DNA of 64,000 nucleotides from Oscillospiraceae bacterium (GCA_017416445.1 JAFQCJ010000019.1:13442-77441), one strand, 5' to 3'. Counted from the stretch's first letter, positions 26,512-37,500 are shown. The notes: a model not told the origin generated them from the letters alone. Made by a program: numbers and translations.

Positions 26512-28005
26512 TTAATGCTCGATCCAATCGGCGGCTCGCTGCACCGCCCGCTTCCACAGCGCATAGTCGGCGTCGCACTCGGCCTGTACCCGCCGGGGGG
26601 TAAACATTCCCTCGCTGCGGCGCAGGGCGGCAAGCTCTTCCGTATCTCTCCAGAACCCGCAGCTGAGGCCCGCCAGTGCCGCAGCACCAAAGGCGGTGGT
26701 CTCCACCATCGCAGGGCGATCCACAGGGATCTGCAGAAGGTCCGACTGAAGCTGCAGGAGGATATTGCTGACGCTGGCTCCACCGTCGGCGCGAAGGCAG
26801 GTGATGTCGCAGCCGGCATCCTGCCGCATGGCCAGCATGAGATCGGTGACCTGATAGGCGATGGACTCCAGCACCGCCCGGGCGATATGTGCCCGACCTG
26901 TGCCACGGGTAATTCCCAAAATAGAGCCGCGGGCATACATATCCCAATAGGGAGCGCCGAGGCCCGTAAAGGCAGGCACCACGATGACACCGCCGCTGCT
27001 GTCCACACTTTCGGCCAGTGTGTCACACTCGGAAGCCGTGGAAATAAGCTTCAGTTCATCCCGCAGCCACTGAATGGTGCTGCCGCCGTTAAAGACACTT
27101 CCCTCCAGCGCGTAAGTCGTCTCTCCGCCGATCTGCCACGCCACGGAGGAAACAAGACCTGCGCGACTGCGAACGGGGATGGAACCTACATTCATAAGGG
27201 TAAAGCAGCCGGTGCCATAAGTATTCTTGGCATCACCCACACGGAAGCAGGTCTGACCAAAAAGAGCGGCCTGCTGGTCACCTGCTGCGCCGCAGACGCT
27301 GACACCGGCCAGTTTTTCCAAACCGGGGATCCCTTCCTTCACCGCCCCGTAGTGCTGGGAGTTCCCCACCACCTTGGGCAGAATATTCATGGGGATACCC
27401 AGAATGCCACAGAGTTCAGCATCCCAGCACAGCTTGTGGATATCGAAGAGCATGGTGCGGCTGGCGTTGGTGCAATCGGTAATGTGCTGTCCCGTCAGTT
27501 TCCAGATCAGCCATGTCTCCACCGTGCCGAACAGCAGTCTCCCCTGTTCCGCCTTGCGGCGGGCATTGGGGACATTGTCCAAAATCCAGCGGATCTTGGT
27601 TGCGGAGAAATACGCGTCGATCCGCAGACCTGTAGCCGACTGGATACGCTCCCGAAGGCCACGGCGCTTCAACTCCTCGCAAAGCTCCGCTGTGCGGCGG
27701 CACTGCCAGACAATGGCATTATAGATGGGCTTGCCCGTCTCCTTATCCCAGAGAATGGTCGTCTCCCGCTGATTGGTGACGCCAATACCGGCAATGGCTC
27801 CGGCAGGGATCTCCTGCAGAGCATCGGCAGCAGCGCGGACCTGGGACCCCCAGATCTCCTCAGGGTCATGCTCCACCCAGCCGGATTGGGGGTAGTATTG
27901 CGGAAAGTCGTACTGGCCCTTCCCTACGATGGCGCCGGTCTTGTCAAAAACGATGGCGCGGGAGCTGGTAGTGCCCTGATCCAGTGCAAGGATATATTTT
28001 TCCAT
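26512..28005 (-). CDS. glpK: Glycerol kinase
   Basis: ALDQGTTSSRA, GWVEHDP, TNQRETT, NAIVWQCRRT, YFSATK, GDQQAALFGQ, KNTYGTGCF, PAFTGLGAPYW. Confidence 0.96.
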   Translation of the reverse strand: MEKYILALDQGTTSSRAIVFDKTGAIVGKGQYDFPQYYPQSGWVEHDPEEIWGSQVRAAADALQEIPAGAIAGIGVTNQRETTILWDKETGKPIYNAIVWQCRRTAELCEELKRRGLRERIQSATGLRIDAYFSATKIRWILDNVPNARRKAEQGRLLFGTVETWLIWKLTGQHITDCTNASRTMLFDIHKLCWDAELCGILGIPMNILPKVVGNSQHYGAVKEGIPGLEKLAGVSVCGAAGDQQAALFGQTCFRVGDAKNTYGTGCFTLMNVGSIPVRSRAGLVSSVAWQIGGETTYALEGSVFNGGSTIQWLRDELKLISTASECDTLAESVDSSGGVIVVPAFTGLGAPYWDMYARGSILGITRGTGRAHIARAVLESIAYQVTDLMLAMRQDAGCDITCLRADGGASVSNILLQLQSDLLQIPVDRPAMVETTAFGAAALAGLSCGFWRDTEELAALRRSEGMFTPRRVQAECDADYALWKRAVQRAADWIEH

Positions 28006-28111
28006 GACAAATCCCTCTTTTCATCCGTTGGATTGTATGCTATGATAGCGGTGTCGACACACGGGAAACTTCTTGTTTTGCCGATTATAACACAGAAAGG
28101 GTGAAAATGCT

Positions 28112-29044
28112 ATGACAAATAAATCGGATTTCACCTTCCTCTCCACCGATGGGTCCACTCAGCTCCACGGTATCCTGTGGGAACCTGCGGAAGTCCCTGC
28201 AGTGGCGGTACTGCAGATCGCCCACGGTGTGGCGGAGTATGTTGACCGCTACGATGATTTCGCCCGTTTTATGAATGACCACGGCGTGGTGGTGGTGGGA
28301 CACGATCACCTTGGCCATGGCCTGTCTGTGACGGAAAATGGTACCCCTGTCTACTTTGGCGATGGGGCCACATGGAAAACCGTGACGGACGACCTCTATA
28401 CGCTTCACACCCGCATGAAGGAGCGCTACCCCCAGCTGCCCCATGTACTGATGGGGCACTCTATGGGTTCTTTTCTGGCCCGCAGCTATCTGGTGCGCTA
28501 TCCCGGCACGGTGCAGGCTGCCATTTTGATGGGTACCGGATGGCAGGGCGGTCTTACCGTCTCGGCAGGCATCGCCCTTTGCAACATCCTCGCCTCCAAG
28601 GGGGCAGACAAGCCTCATCCCCTGATTACCAAGCTGGCCTTCGGATCGTATAACAAGAAGTTCAAGAGTCCCCGCACTCCCTCCGATTGGCTCAGTGCCG
28701 ACGAGGAGAATGTAGATGCTTACATCGCCGATCCCCTCTGTGGCGGCGAGATGACGGTTGGTCTGTTCCGGGAGATGCTGCGGGGCATTCGTTTTAACCA
28801 GCGATTCCGTTCTCTGGACAAAATGGATGGCACTACCCCTGTGCTGCTGATCTCCGGCAACAGCGATCCTGTTGGCAACATGGGCGGCGGTGTAAACCAG
28901 ACCTATATTGAGTTTAAGCGCAGCGGTGTGGCGGACTGCACCGCAAAACTCTACTCCGGACTGCGCCACGAGATCCTCAATGAGAAGGCGCACCGCAACG
29001 AGGTATACGGCGATATTTGGAACTGGATGGAGGCAAGACTATGA
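28112..29044 (+). CDS. Alpha/beta hydrolase (lysophospholipase/monoacylglycerol lipase family)
   Basis: HGVAEY..RY, DHLGHG, GHSMGS nucleophile, [15 protein letters not shown]. Confidence 0.9.
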   Translation: MTNKSDFTFLSTDGSTQLHGILWEPAEVPAVAVLQIAHGVAEYVDRYDDFARFMNDHGVVVVGHDHLGHGLSVTENGTPVYFGDGATWKTVTDDLYTLHTRMKERYPQLPHVLMGHSMGSFLARSYLVRYPGTVQAAILMGTGWQGGLTVSAGIALCNILASKGADKPHPLITKLAFGSYNKKFKSPRTPSDWLSADEENVDAYIADPLCGGEMTVGLFREMLRGIRFNQRFRSLDKMDGTTPVLLISGNSDPVGNMGGGVNQTYIEFKRSGVADCTAKLYSGLRHEILNEKAHRNEVYGDIWNWMEARL

Positions 29045-29619
29045 GCACATGGGACGAACTGAAACAGGAGTGCTTATCCTGCCAGGCCTGTGAACTGTGC
29101 AAAACCCGGACGCAGGTGGTTTTTGGCGTGGGCAACCCCGAGGCAGAGGTGCTGTTTATCGGTGAGGCTCCCGGCAAGAACGAGGACGAGCAGGGGGAAC
29201 CCTTTGTGGGCCGCGGCGGCAAGCTGCTGGATGATATGCTGGCCATGATCGGACTGCAGCGGGAGAACATCTATATCACCAACTCCGTCAAGTGCCGTCC
29301 TCCCGAGAACCGTGACCCTCTCAACACAGAGAAGGATGCCTGCCGTGGGTATCTCCGGCGTCAGGTGAAGCTGATGCGTCCCAAGATCATCGTCTGTCTC
29401 GGCCGCATCAGTGCCATGGAGCTCATCCGCGAGGACTTCAAGATCTCCCAGGAGCACGGCCAGTTCTTTGACAAGAACGGTACCCTGATGATGGCGCTGT
29501 ATCATCCTGCGGCGCTTCTGCGCGATCCCCGCAAGAAACCGGAGACCTTTGAGGATCTCAAGCAGCTGCAGATGAAAATCCAGGAGATCTGCACCCGCAC
29601 GCCTCTGATTTTTGAGTAA
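29041..29619 (+). CDS. Uracil-DNA glycosylase family 4 (Fe-S)
   Basis: [38 protein letters not shown] overlap with the hydrolase. Confidence 0.93.
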   Translation: MSTWDELKQECLSCQACELCKTRTQVVFGVGNPEAEVLFIGEAPGKNEDEQGEPFVGRGGKLLDDMLAMIGLQRENIYITNSVKCRPPENRDPLNTEKDACRGYLRRQVKLMRPKIIVCLGRISAMELIREDFKISQEHGQFFDKNGTLMMALYHPAALLRDPRKKPETFEDLKQLQMKIQEICTRTPLIFE

Positions 29620-29625
29620 ACGAAG

Positions 29626-29650
29626 AAAGACCGCCTCTCGGCGGTCTTTT
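29626..29650. terminator. Bidirectional terminator
   Basis: aaagaccgcc-tctc-ggcggtctttt. Confidence 0.75.
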
Positions 29651-29662
29651 CCTATCTACCTA

Positions 29663-30238
29663 TCAAATGCCGGCAGCGACGCTGTCCTCGCAGCAGCGCA
29701 TGGCCTCCAGCGTCTTATCCAACAGTTTGTCAAGCTCCCAGCCCAGGCGCTCGGCACCGGTTGTAATGACCTCACGGGAGCAGCCGGCGGCAAACTTCTT
29801 GTCCTTGAACTTTTTCTTCAGACTGCTCCGTTCCATGTCCTTGCAGCTCTTGCTGGGACGCATACGGGCAGCCGCGCCGATGAGGCCGGTCAGTTCGTCG
29901 GCAGCAAAAAGCACCTTCTCCATCTCGTGGGTAGGCTCTACATCGCAGCAGATGCCGTAACCGTGGGAGCAGACGGCGTGGATGAACTCCGCATCGCAGC
30001 CCGCCTTCTCCAGCAGTTCAGGAGCTTTGAGGCAGTGTTCATCAGGCCACATACCGTAGTCGATGTCGTGAAGGAGGCCCACCGTGGCCCAGAAATCGGC
30101 ATCCTCACCGTAGCCCAAATCGTTGGCATACCAACGCATGACTCCCTCTACCGTCAGGGCATGCTGGATGTGGAAGGGCTCTTTGTTGTACTCACGCAGC
30201 GCGTTCAGAGCTGCCTCGCGGGAGATGGTCTGTTTCAT
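29663..30238 (-). CDS. HD-domain (HDIG-like) phosphohydrolase
   Basis: HALTVE, GLLHDIDY, HAVCSHG, LFAADELTGLI, KKKFKDKKFAAG. Confidence 0.88.
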   Translation of the reverse strand: MKQTISREAALNALREYNKEPFHIQHALTVEGVMRWYANDLGYGEDADFWATVGLLHDIDYGMWPDEHCLKAPELLEKAGCDAEFIHAVCSHGYGICCDVEPTHEMEKVLFAADELTGLIGAAARMRPSKSCKDMERSSLKKKFKDKKFAAGCSREVITTGAERLGWELDKLLDKTLEAMRCCEDSVAAGI

Positions 30239-30296
30239 GGTGGATCTGCCTCCGTTTCCTTTGTATAGTGATGTTATTGTAGCACGGCCTACGCCC

Positions 30297-30566
30297 CTAT
30301 GCAAGAGCCTTTTCCAGCAGTGAAAGCACTTGCTGCATATGGCGCATCTCCTCCCGCAGCACGGCACGGCACATAGCCGCCTCCGCTTCCTCTCCCTCAG
30401 GCATCACCGATGCCATCGGCTGCGGACGGGGCGGTGCAGACGGCACAGAGGATATCGGCTGCATCATCCCCTCAAACCGCCCCCGCCCTGCTTCGGGATA
30501 GGGCGTCTCCTGCGGATTGACCCGCTGCCACACAGCAGCGGCAGCGGAAGAATCGTATTGATCCAT
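30297..30566 (-). CDS. Small hypothetical protein, possibly sporulation-associated
   Basis: AAAGGAGG RBS; VWQRVNP...PYP N-terminus and LREEMRH C-terminal helix; CATAGTAT -10-like element upstream. Confidence 0.55.
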   Translation of the reverse strand: MDQYDSSAAAAVWQRVNPQETPYPEAGRGRFEGMMQPISSVPSAPPRPQPMASVMPEGEEAEAAMCRAVLREEMRHMQQVLSLLEKALA

Positions 30567-30774
30567 GTATCCATCCCTCCTTTCCGCGCCATACTATGCC
30601 AAAAGCGAAAAATAAGTTCCTCCCCCGTTGCTTTTTTCCCTATCTTCTGCTATGATAGTGGACTTGGAAGGGAGTATTTCCCTTTTCTTAAAAGTGTTGC
30701 AAATATCACACTTTTTATTTCCCGGATGTGGTACACTATCCATGCGGAAATACAGGCACAAAGGAGGCATTCCT

Positions 30775-31518
30775 ATGCTGGAACTGCAAAATATTTCCTA
30801 TCGCGTTTCCACCCCCGAGGGGGAAGTGGATATTTTGAAGAATATTTCCATCACCATTCCCGATCACCGTCTGGTGGTCTTTACCGGCCCCAACGGCGGC
30901 GGTAAAACCACACTGGCGAAGGTCATTATGGGTCTTGTGCAGCCCACCGGTGGCAAGATCCTGTATAACGGCGAGGACATTACCGGTCTTTCCATCACGG
31001 AGCGCGCCCGCCGCGGCATCAGCTACGGTTTTCAGCAGCCTCCCCGCTTCAAGGGCATCACGGTCAACGACCTACTGCTCCTTGCTGCCGGTGAGAAGAA
31101 GCTGACCAAAGACCGCTGCTGCCAGTACCTGACCAAGGTAGGACTGTGCGCCAATGACTATCTCGACCGCGAGGTGGATGTCTCCCTCTCCGGCGGTGAG
31201 GTCAAGCGCATCGAGATCGCTACGATCCTGGCCCGCGGCAGCGAACTGATGATCTTTGACGAGCCCGAGGCCGGCATCGACCTGTGGAGTTTTGCCCGCC
31301 TCACCGAGACCTTCGAGCAGATCCACAAAGAGGACGAGGCCACCATGATCATCATCTCCCATCAGGAGCGCATCATCCGCCTCGCCGATGAGATCGTGGT
31401 GATCGCAAACGGTGAGATCGCCCACCGCGGTGATTGCGAGCAGATCTTCCCCCTCATTTTGGCCGACACGCTGGGCGGCTGCCCCGTGATCGAGAGAAAG
31501 GAGGCTGCAACTGTATGA
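30775..31518 (+). CDS. sufC: SufC-like ABC ATPase (Fe-S assembly)
   Basis: GPNGGGKTT, FQQPPRFKG, LSGGEVKRIEI, FDEPEAGID, ISH. AGGAGG RBS. Confidence 0.88.
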   Translation: MLELQNISYRVSTPEGEVDILKNISITIPDHRLVVFTGPNGGGKTTLAKVIMGLVQPTGGKILYNGEDITGLSITERARRGISYGFQQPPRFKGITVNDLLLLAAGEKKLTKDRCCQYLTKVGLCANDYLDREVDVSLSGGEVKRIEIATILARGSELMIFDEPEAGIDLWSFARLTETFEQIHKEDEATMIIISHQERIIRLADEIVVIANGEIAHRGDCEQIFPLILADTLGGCPVIERKEAATV

Positions 31519-32444
31519 TGAACGAACTGGACAAGAGTTTGCTGGAAAAGATCGCCGATCTCACCGGTACTACCGCTGATGCGCTGAACATCCGTAAGGA
31601 CAGCGGCTGCGCCGCCCGCCAATCCACTGAGCATATTGAAATCTCCTCCAAGACCGACGGTAAGGAGGGAATCGACATCCGCATCAAGGACGGCACGAAG
31701 GGCGAAAAGTGTTACATCCCCGTGATTATCAGTAAGTCGGGCCTCAGCGAGATGGTCTACAATGACTTCTACATCGGCGACGACTGTGATGTGGAGATCG
31801 TGGCCGGCTGCGGCATCCACAACTCCGGCTGCAATGAGAGCCGTCATGACGGTGTCCACACCTTTTATGTAGGGAAGAACTCCCGCGTCCGCTATGCTGA
31901 GAAGCACTACGGCGAAAACGATCCCGGACAGACGGGACAGAATGTAATGAACCCCAAGACTGAGGTCTATCTCGGCGAAAACTCTGTGATGCAGATGGAC
32001 ACGGTGCAGATCCGCGGCATCGACTCCACCCGCCGGGAGACGGCATTCCACTGCGAGGCCGGCAGCGAAATCGTTGTCACCGAGCGTCTGCTGACCCATG
32101 GCAAGCAGGTGGCGGAGAGCGACATGGTCATCAACCTGAATGGTGCCGATGCCAAGGGCCGCGTCATCTCCCGCTCCGTTGCACAGGATGAATCGCAGCA
32201 GGTGTTCTATCCCCGTATGGTAGGTAACGCCGCCTGTTTCGGCCATGTGCAGTGCGACTCCATCATCATGGGGGATGCCAAGATCCAGTCCATCCCCGCC
32301 ATCATTGCCAACTGCCCTGAGGCACAGCTGATCCACGAGGCCGCCATCGGCAAGATCGCCGGCGATCAGCTGCTGAAGCTGGAGACGCTGGGTCTGACGG
32401 AAGAGGAAGCCGAGAACACCATTCTGGAGGGCTTCCTGGCATAA
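31515..32444 (+). CDS. sufB: SufB/SufD-family Fe-S scaffold protein
   Basis: AGCGIH, YAEKHYG, SRSVA, GHVQCDSII, LIHEAAIGKIAGDQL, GLTEEEAE..ILEGFL. ATGA coupling to sufC. Confidence 0.85.
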   Translation: MMNELDKSLLEKIADLTGTTADALNIRKDSGCAARQSTEHIEISSKTDGKEGIDIRIKDGTKGEKCYIPVIISKSGLSEMVYNDFYIGDDCDVEIVAGCGIHNSGCNESRHDGVHTFYVGKNSRVRYAEKHYGENDPGQTGQNVMNPKTEVYLGENSVMQMDTVQIRGIDSTRRETAFHCEAGSEIVVTERLLTHGKQVAESDMVINLNGADAKGRVISRSVAQDESQQVFYPRMVGNAACFGHVQCDSIIMGDAKIQSIPAIIANCPEAQLIHEAAIGKIAGDQLLKLETLGLTEEEAENTILEGFLA

Positions 32445-32453
32445 ACAGTATAC

Positions 32454-32523
32454 AAAAAGACCGCCCTGTGGCGGTCTTTTCTCTTATACAGTAAAAAAGA
32501 AAGCCCTTCCGGGCTTTCTTTTT
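32454..32523. terminator. Tandem terminators between convergent sufB and glgP
   Basis: aaagaccgcc-ctgt-ggcggtcttt and aaagaaagccc-ttcc-gggctttcttt. Confidence 0.8.
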
Positions 32524-34925
32524 TACTTGCGGTAAGGCACATGCCAGATAGTGTTGGCGTAGTCCGCAATGGAGCGGTCTGCGGAGAAGATGCCGCTGCG
32601 GGCAATGTTCAGCAGGCTCATACGGTTCCACTTCTCACGGTCGCCGTAGGTCTCCACCATACGCTGCTCGGCTGCAGCATAGGAGGGCAGGTCTGCCAGC
32701 AGCATATACTCATCGCGCATCACCAGGCTGCGCCACAAATCCTCAAAGTTCTCCCCGCCGATGCCGTGCTTGAGCATATCCACGGTGTTGCGGAGCATGG
32801 GATCGCGGTTGTAGAACATCTGGGGATCATAGTTGGGACGGAGATTGGCCACCTCGTCGGCATGAAGGCCAAAGAGGAACATATTCTCGTCGCCCAGCAC
32901 CTCGTGCATCTCCACATTGGCGCCGTCCAGTGTGCCCACTGTCAGGGCACCGTTCATCATGAACTTCATGTTGCCCGTACCGCTGGCCTCCTTGCCGGCG
33001 GTGGAGATCTGCTGGCTCACCTCGCTGGCGGGCATCAGCATCTCGGCCATAGACACGCGGTAGTTCTCCAGGAACACCACCTGCAGACGGTCCTTGCAGA
33101 CGGGATCGTTATTGATCTGGGTGGCAAGGGCGTTGATCATGCGGATGATCCGCTTGGCAACGGCGTAGCCGGGAGCGGCCTTGGCACCGAAGAGGAAGGT
33201 GTGGGGGCGGAAGTCCATGTTGGGATTGTCACGCAGCTGCTGATACAGATTGATGATGTGCAGCGCGTTGAGAAGCTGACGCTTGTACTCGTGGAGGCGC
33301 TTGACCTGCACATCAAAGATGCCGTCGGTGTTCAGCACCACGCCCTGCTGGCGCTTGGCCCAACGGGCAAAGGCCTCCTTGTTGGCCTGCTTGATCTCGC
33401 CGATGCGCTTGAGCACAGCGGCATCGTCGGCATACTTCTCCAGACCCTTCATCAAGGAGGCATCGGTGAGGTAGCCCTCACCCACCGTCTCCTTCAGCAG
33501 GGTATCCAGCGGTGCGTTGATCTGGCTGAGCCAGCGGCGATGGTCCACGCCGTTGGTCACATTCTTGAACTTCTCAGGCTCCATGGCGCACTGATTGCGG
33601 AATACATCGTTGCGGAGAATATCGCTGTGGAGGGCACTGACGCCATTAACAGCCATGCCGCCGGCGATGCAGAGGTTGGCCATGTGCACGCCGCCGTCCC
33701 AGATGACGGCCATCTTGGCGATCTTGGCAAGGTCATTGTTGTAATAGGCCTCGATACGCTCCTGATAGCGGCGGGCGATCTCGGTGAGAATCTGCCACAC
33801 GCGGGGCAGGAGATCCTCCATCAGCTGCTGGGGCCAGCACTCCAGTGCCTCAGCCAGCACCGTGTGGTTGGTATAGGCCACAGAGTTGGTGGTGATGTGC
33901 CATGCCTCGTCCCAGCTGAGACCGGCATCGTCGATGAGGATACGCATCAGTTCGGGCACCACCAGCGCAGGATGGGTGTCGTTGATCTGAATGACATTCT
34001 TCTCGTGGAAGTTCTTCAGAGTACCGTAGGTCTGGATATGACGGCGGGTGATGGACTGTACCGTAGCAGAGACGAAGAAGTACTGCTGCTTCAGGCGCAG
34101 GGACTTGCCCTCATAGTGATTGTCCTCGGGATAGAGCACCTTGGAGATAACATCGGCCATGGCACGCTCTTCACCGGAGCGGAGATACTGGCCCTGAGAG
34201 AAGAGGGTCATGTCGATGGGCTTGGGAGACTTGGCATCCCACAGGCGCAGGGTGTTGACATGCTCGGTGCCGTAACCGGCCACTTCCATATCACAGGGAA
34301 CCGCCAGCACACGGGTATAGTCCTCGTGGACCACCATGAGATGGTTATTGTCCCAGCGGGTGCGGATCTTGCCGCCGAAGTGGACTTCCTCCGCCTCCTG
34401 AGGCTTGGGCATCAGCCAGGCATCACCCAGAGGCATCCAGTCATCGGGCAGCTCCACCTGCTGGCCCTCCACGATCTTCTGACGGAACAGGCCCAGCTCG
34501 TAGCAGATGGAATAGCCGGTGGCGGGGATCTCCAGCGTAGTCATGCTGTCCAGATAGCAGGCAGCCAAACGGCCCAGGCCGCCATTGCCGAGGCCGGCGT
34601 CGGGCTCGGTATCGAAGATCCGGCCGGCATCGAAGCCCAGCTCCTCAATCGCGGAGCGCAGCTGAGGCAGCAGGTCCAGGTTATAGGCATTCTTCATCAG
34701 GCTGCGGCCCATGAGGAACTCCAGAGAGAGATAGTGCACCTTGCGCTGTCCCTCGGCCTCTGCCTTCTGGCGGCTGGTAACGCCACGCTCAGCCATAATG
34801 TCACGCAGGACCATGGCACAGGCCTTCAGCACTTCGCCGTCGCTGGCCTGCTGCTCCGTGCAGCCGTAGTTCAGCCGCAGTTTCTGAATAATACTGTCTT
34901 TGATTTGTTGCGTAGAATAGGTCAT
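32523..34925 (-). CDS. glgP: Glycogen phosphorylase
   Basis: GLGNGGLGRLAAC, QINDTHP, QVKRLHEYKRQ, EASGTGNMK (PLP Lys). Confidence 0.97.
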   Translation of the reverse strand: MTYSTQQIKDSIIQKLRLNYGCTEQQASDGEVLKACAMVLRDIMAERGVTSRQKAEAEGQRKVHYLSLEFLMGRSLMKNAYNLDLLPQLRSAIEELGFDAGRIFDTEPDAGLGNGGLGRLAACYLDSMTTLEIPATGYSICYELGLFRQKIVEGQQVELPDDWMPLGDAWLMPKPQEAEEVHFGGKIRTRWDNNHLMVVHEDYTRVLAVPCDMEVAGYGTEHVNTLRLWDAKSPKPIDMTLFSQGQYLRSGEERAMADVISKVLYPEDNHYEGKSLRLKQQYFFVSATVQSITRRHIQTYGTLKNFHEKNVIQINDTHPALVVPELMRILIDDAGLSWDEAWHITTNSVAYTNHTVLAEALECWPQQLMEDLLPRVWQILTEIARRYQERIEAYYNNDLAKIAKMAVIWDGGVHMANLCIAGGMAVNGVSALHSDILRNDVFRNQCAMEPEKFKNVTNGVDHRRWLSQINAPLDTLLKETVGEGYLTDASLMKGLEKYADDAAVLKRIGEIKQANKEAFARWAKRQQGVVLNTDGIFDVQVKRLHEYKRQLLNALHIINLYQQLRDNPNMDFRPHTFLFGAKAAPGYAVAKRIIRMINALATQINNDPVCKDRLQVVFLENYRVSMAEMLMPASEVSQQISTAGKEASGTGNMKFMMNGALTVGTLDGANVEMHEVLGDENMFLFGLHADEVANLRPNYDPQMFYNRDPMLRNTVDMLKHGIGGENFEDLWRSLVMRDEYMLLADLPSYAAAEQRMVETYGDREKWNRMSLLNIARSGIFSADRSIADYANTIWHVPYRK

Positions 34926-34946
34926 AGGGTTTGTATTGCTCCTTGC

Positions 34947-36374
34947 TTACAGGTTTTGATAAATATTATGATACTCAGCGGCGCTGCGCGTCCAGCTGAA
35001 ATCGTCTGTCATACCGCGCTGCTGCACAATGCCGAATCCCTTGCGGTCACCGTAGTACAGCTGCACTGCCTGGTGGATAACTCCCAGCATATCCTCCACC
35101 TTATAGTCGTTGAAGAGGAAGCCGGTACCATCCTCCTGCCCCACCTGGCAGGATTTGACACTGTCGGCCAGGCCGCCGGTCTTGCGGACAACGGGCACCG
35201 TGCCGTAGCGCATGGCGATCATCTGGCTGAGGCCGCAGGGCTCACTCTTGGAGGGCATCAGCAGAATGTCGGCGCCGGAGTAGATGCGGCGGGAAAGAGC
35301 CTCGGAATAAGTGACCTGCGCTGCCACACGACCGCCGTAGCGATAGGCCTGGGAACGGAAGAAGTCCTCATAGTACTCATCGCCCTTGCCCAGCACCACC
35401 AGTTGCACACCCATGTCCATGATCCGGTCAAAGCCGGCGCAGATCAGATCCACACCCTTGTGTCCCACCAGACGGCTGACGATGGCCAGCAGGGGAACAT
35501 CGGGATCCTCACGCAGCCCCAGAGAGACCTGGAGATCTGCCTTGCACTTTGCCTTTCCGGACATATCCTCAGCGGTATAGGCCACAGGGACAGCGGGGTC
35601 CACAGCGGGATCATAGGCGGTCATGTCGATGCCGTTGAGCACACCGTGGAGCTTATAGGACACGGCGTTGACAATGGACTCAAGGCCGTGTGCAAAGAAG
35701 GGATCACGGAGCTGCGCGGCATAGGTGGGGCTGACGGTGGTAACAGCATCGGACACCAGCATGGCGCCCTTCATCAGGTTGATATCGCCGTCCATGGCCA
35801 GCGTACCGTCGTTCCACCAGCCCTCGTGGAGACCGAAGAGGTCATAGAGGGTCTCGGCACCGTAGCGGCCCTGATACTCCACATTGTGGATGGTAAACAT
35901 GGTCTTGATATTGCGTACCGCATCCCAACGGGTAGCCACATCCTTGAGATAGATGGGCACCAGCGCCGTCTGCCAGTCGTTGCAGTGGATTACATCGGGC
36001 ATACAGTTGAGACTGGGCAGCAGGTTCACCACGGCCTTGGAGAAGAAGGCGAAACGCTCGCCGTCGTCATAGTCGCCGTAGAGGGTGCCGCGGCGGAAAT
36101 AGTACTCGTTGTCCACAAAGTACCAGGTGACACCGCGATACTCCATGGAGAACAGGCCGCAGTACTGATGACGCCACGCCACATCCACATAGATGTAGTT
36201 GCGGTAGGTCATCTTCTCGCGCCACTCCTGAGAGATCTGTCCGTACAGGGGAAGGATGACGGAGACATCGTCGCCGCCCTCAGCCAGCGCAATAGGCAGA
36301 GAACCGGCCACATCGGCCAGACCGCCGGTCTTGCAGAAAGGGAATGCCTCAGAGGCTACAAACAATACATTCAT
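34947..36374 (-). CDS. glgA: Glycogen synthase
   Basis: KTGGLADV, HCNDWQT, TIHN..YQG, EPCGLSQM, KTGGLAD. Confidence 0.97.
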   Translation of the reverse strand: MNVLFVASEAFPFCKTGGLADVAGSLPIALAEGGDDVSVILPLYGQISQEWREKMTYRNYIYVDVAWRHQYCGLFSMEYRGVTWYFVDNEYYFRRGTLYGDYDDGERFAFFSKAVVNLLPSLNCMPDVIHCNDWQTALVPIYLKDVATRWDAVRNIKTMFTIHNVEYQGRYGAETLYDLFGLHEGWWNDGTLAMDGDINLMKGAMLVSDAVTTVSPTYAAQLRDPFFAHGLESIVNAVSYKLHGVLNGIDMTAYDPAVDPAVPVAYTAEDMSGKAKCKADLQVSLGLREDPDVPLLAIVSRLVGHKGVDLICAGFDRIMDMGVQLVVLGKGDEYYEDFFRSQAYRYGGRVAAQVTYSEALSRRIYSGADILLMPSKSEPCGLSQMIAMRYGTVPVVRKTGGLADSVKSCQVGQEDGTGFLFNDYKVEDMLGVIHQAVQLYYGDRKGFGIVQQRGMTDDFSWTRSAAEYHNIYQNL

Positions 36375-36391
36375 TCGGTATCCTCCCTTTT

Positions 36392-37500
36392 TTACAGCAC
36401 GGTGTTCTTGGCTACTACCACAGGATAGCTCTCATGGCCCATCATGGAGGTATTCTCAGAGAACACCACATTCTTATCGGCGATAACATTGCGCACCATA
36501 GCGCCTGCCTTTACCACCGTGTCCTTAAAGAGGATGGAATTGACCACCGTGGCCCCCTTCTCCACCTTGACACCGCGGAAGAGAATGGAGTTGCGGACGC
36601 TGCCCTGTACATCACAGCCATCGGAAATGAGGGAGTTCACGCACTCCACAGAGGGGTCAATATAGGTGGATGCCGCATCGTTCTCCTTGGCGTAGACGGG
36701 GCGCTGGGGGCAGAAGAGCTGGTTGCGGATCTCGGGGTGCAGCAGCTCCATAGAGCGGTTGTAGTAGTCCTGCACCGTGTCAATGCGGGCGGCAAAGTTG
36801 TCCCAGACATAGCCGCGCATATTCAGCTCGCCGCACTTATCCTGCAGGATGTGGCGACGCCAGCCATAACGGTTGTGGGCCATGGCATCGGACACCAGAT
36901 CCAGCAGCAGCTCGCGGCTCATAATGAAGATATTCAGGCTCTGATAGCCGGCAGGGGTATTCACATCGTAGACGGTATCCACAATGCGGCCGGTGATGTC
37001 CATCGTGAAGTAGGTATCAGCAGGACGGCCGGGCTGAGAAGAGCAGACACAGGTGATATCGGCACCGGAGGCAACATGGCTGTCCAGCACATCCTTCAGG
37101 GGAATGTTGGTAACGATATCGCTGTCGCACAGCACCACATAGTCCTGACGGATGTGGCGCAGATAGTCCATAACACAGCCCAGGGCCTCCAGCTTACCGC
37201 GGAACTGACCGCTGCTGTCACGGTTCTCCTGATAGACAAAAGCGGGCAGCAGCTTGAGACCGCCGTACTTGCGGCTCAGGTCCCAGTGCTTACCGGTACC
37301 CAGATGATCCAGCATGCTCTGGCACTTGCCGTGCATGATGACACCTACATCGGTGATGCCGGCGTTGACCATGTTGGAGAGCATAAAGTCCACCACGCGG
37401 TAGTCACCGCCGAAGGGGACGGAGCCATAGATGCGCTGTTCTGTCAGCGTGGCCAGCTCTGTCTTTTTCTCATAGGAGAAAATAATTCCGTGCATTCCTT

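Noticed and set aside
32541-36428. 1295-aa plus-strand ORF, and similar long antisense ORFs (21-2096, 5945-8461, 15664-17655, 24349-26244, 38817-40745)
   Set aside because: They are mirror frames of well-conserved minus-strand genes. Strong GC3 codon bias removes stops from the antisense frame; no RBS or recognisable domains.
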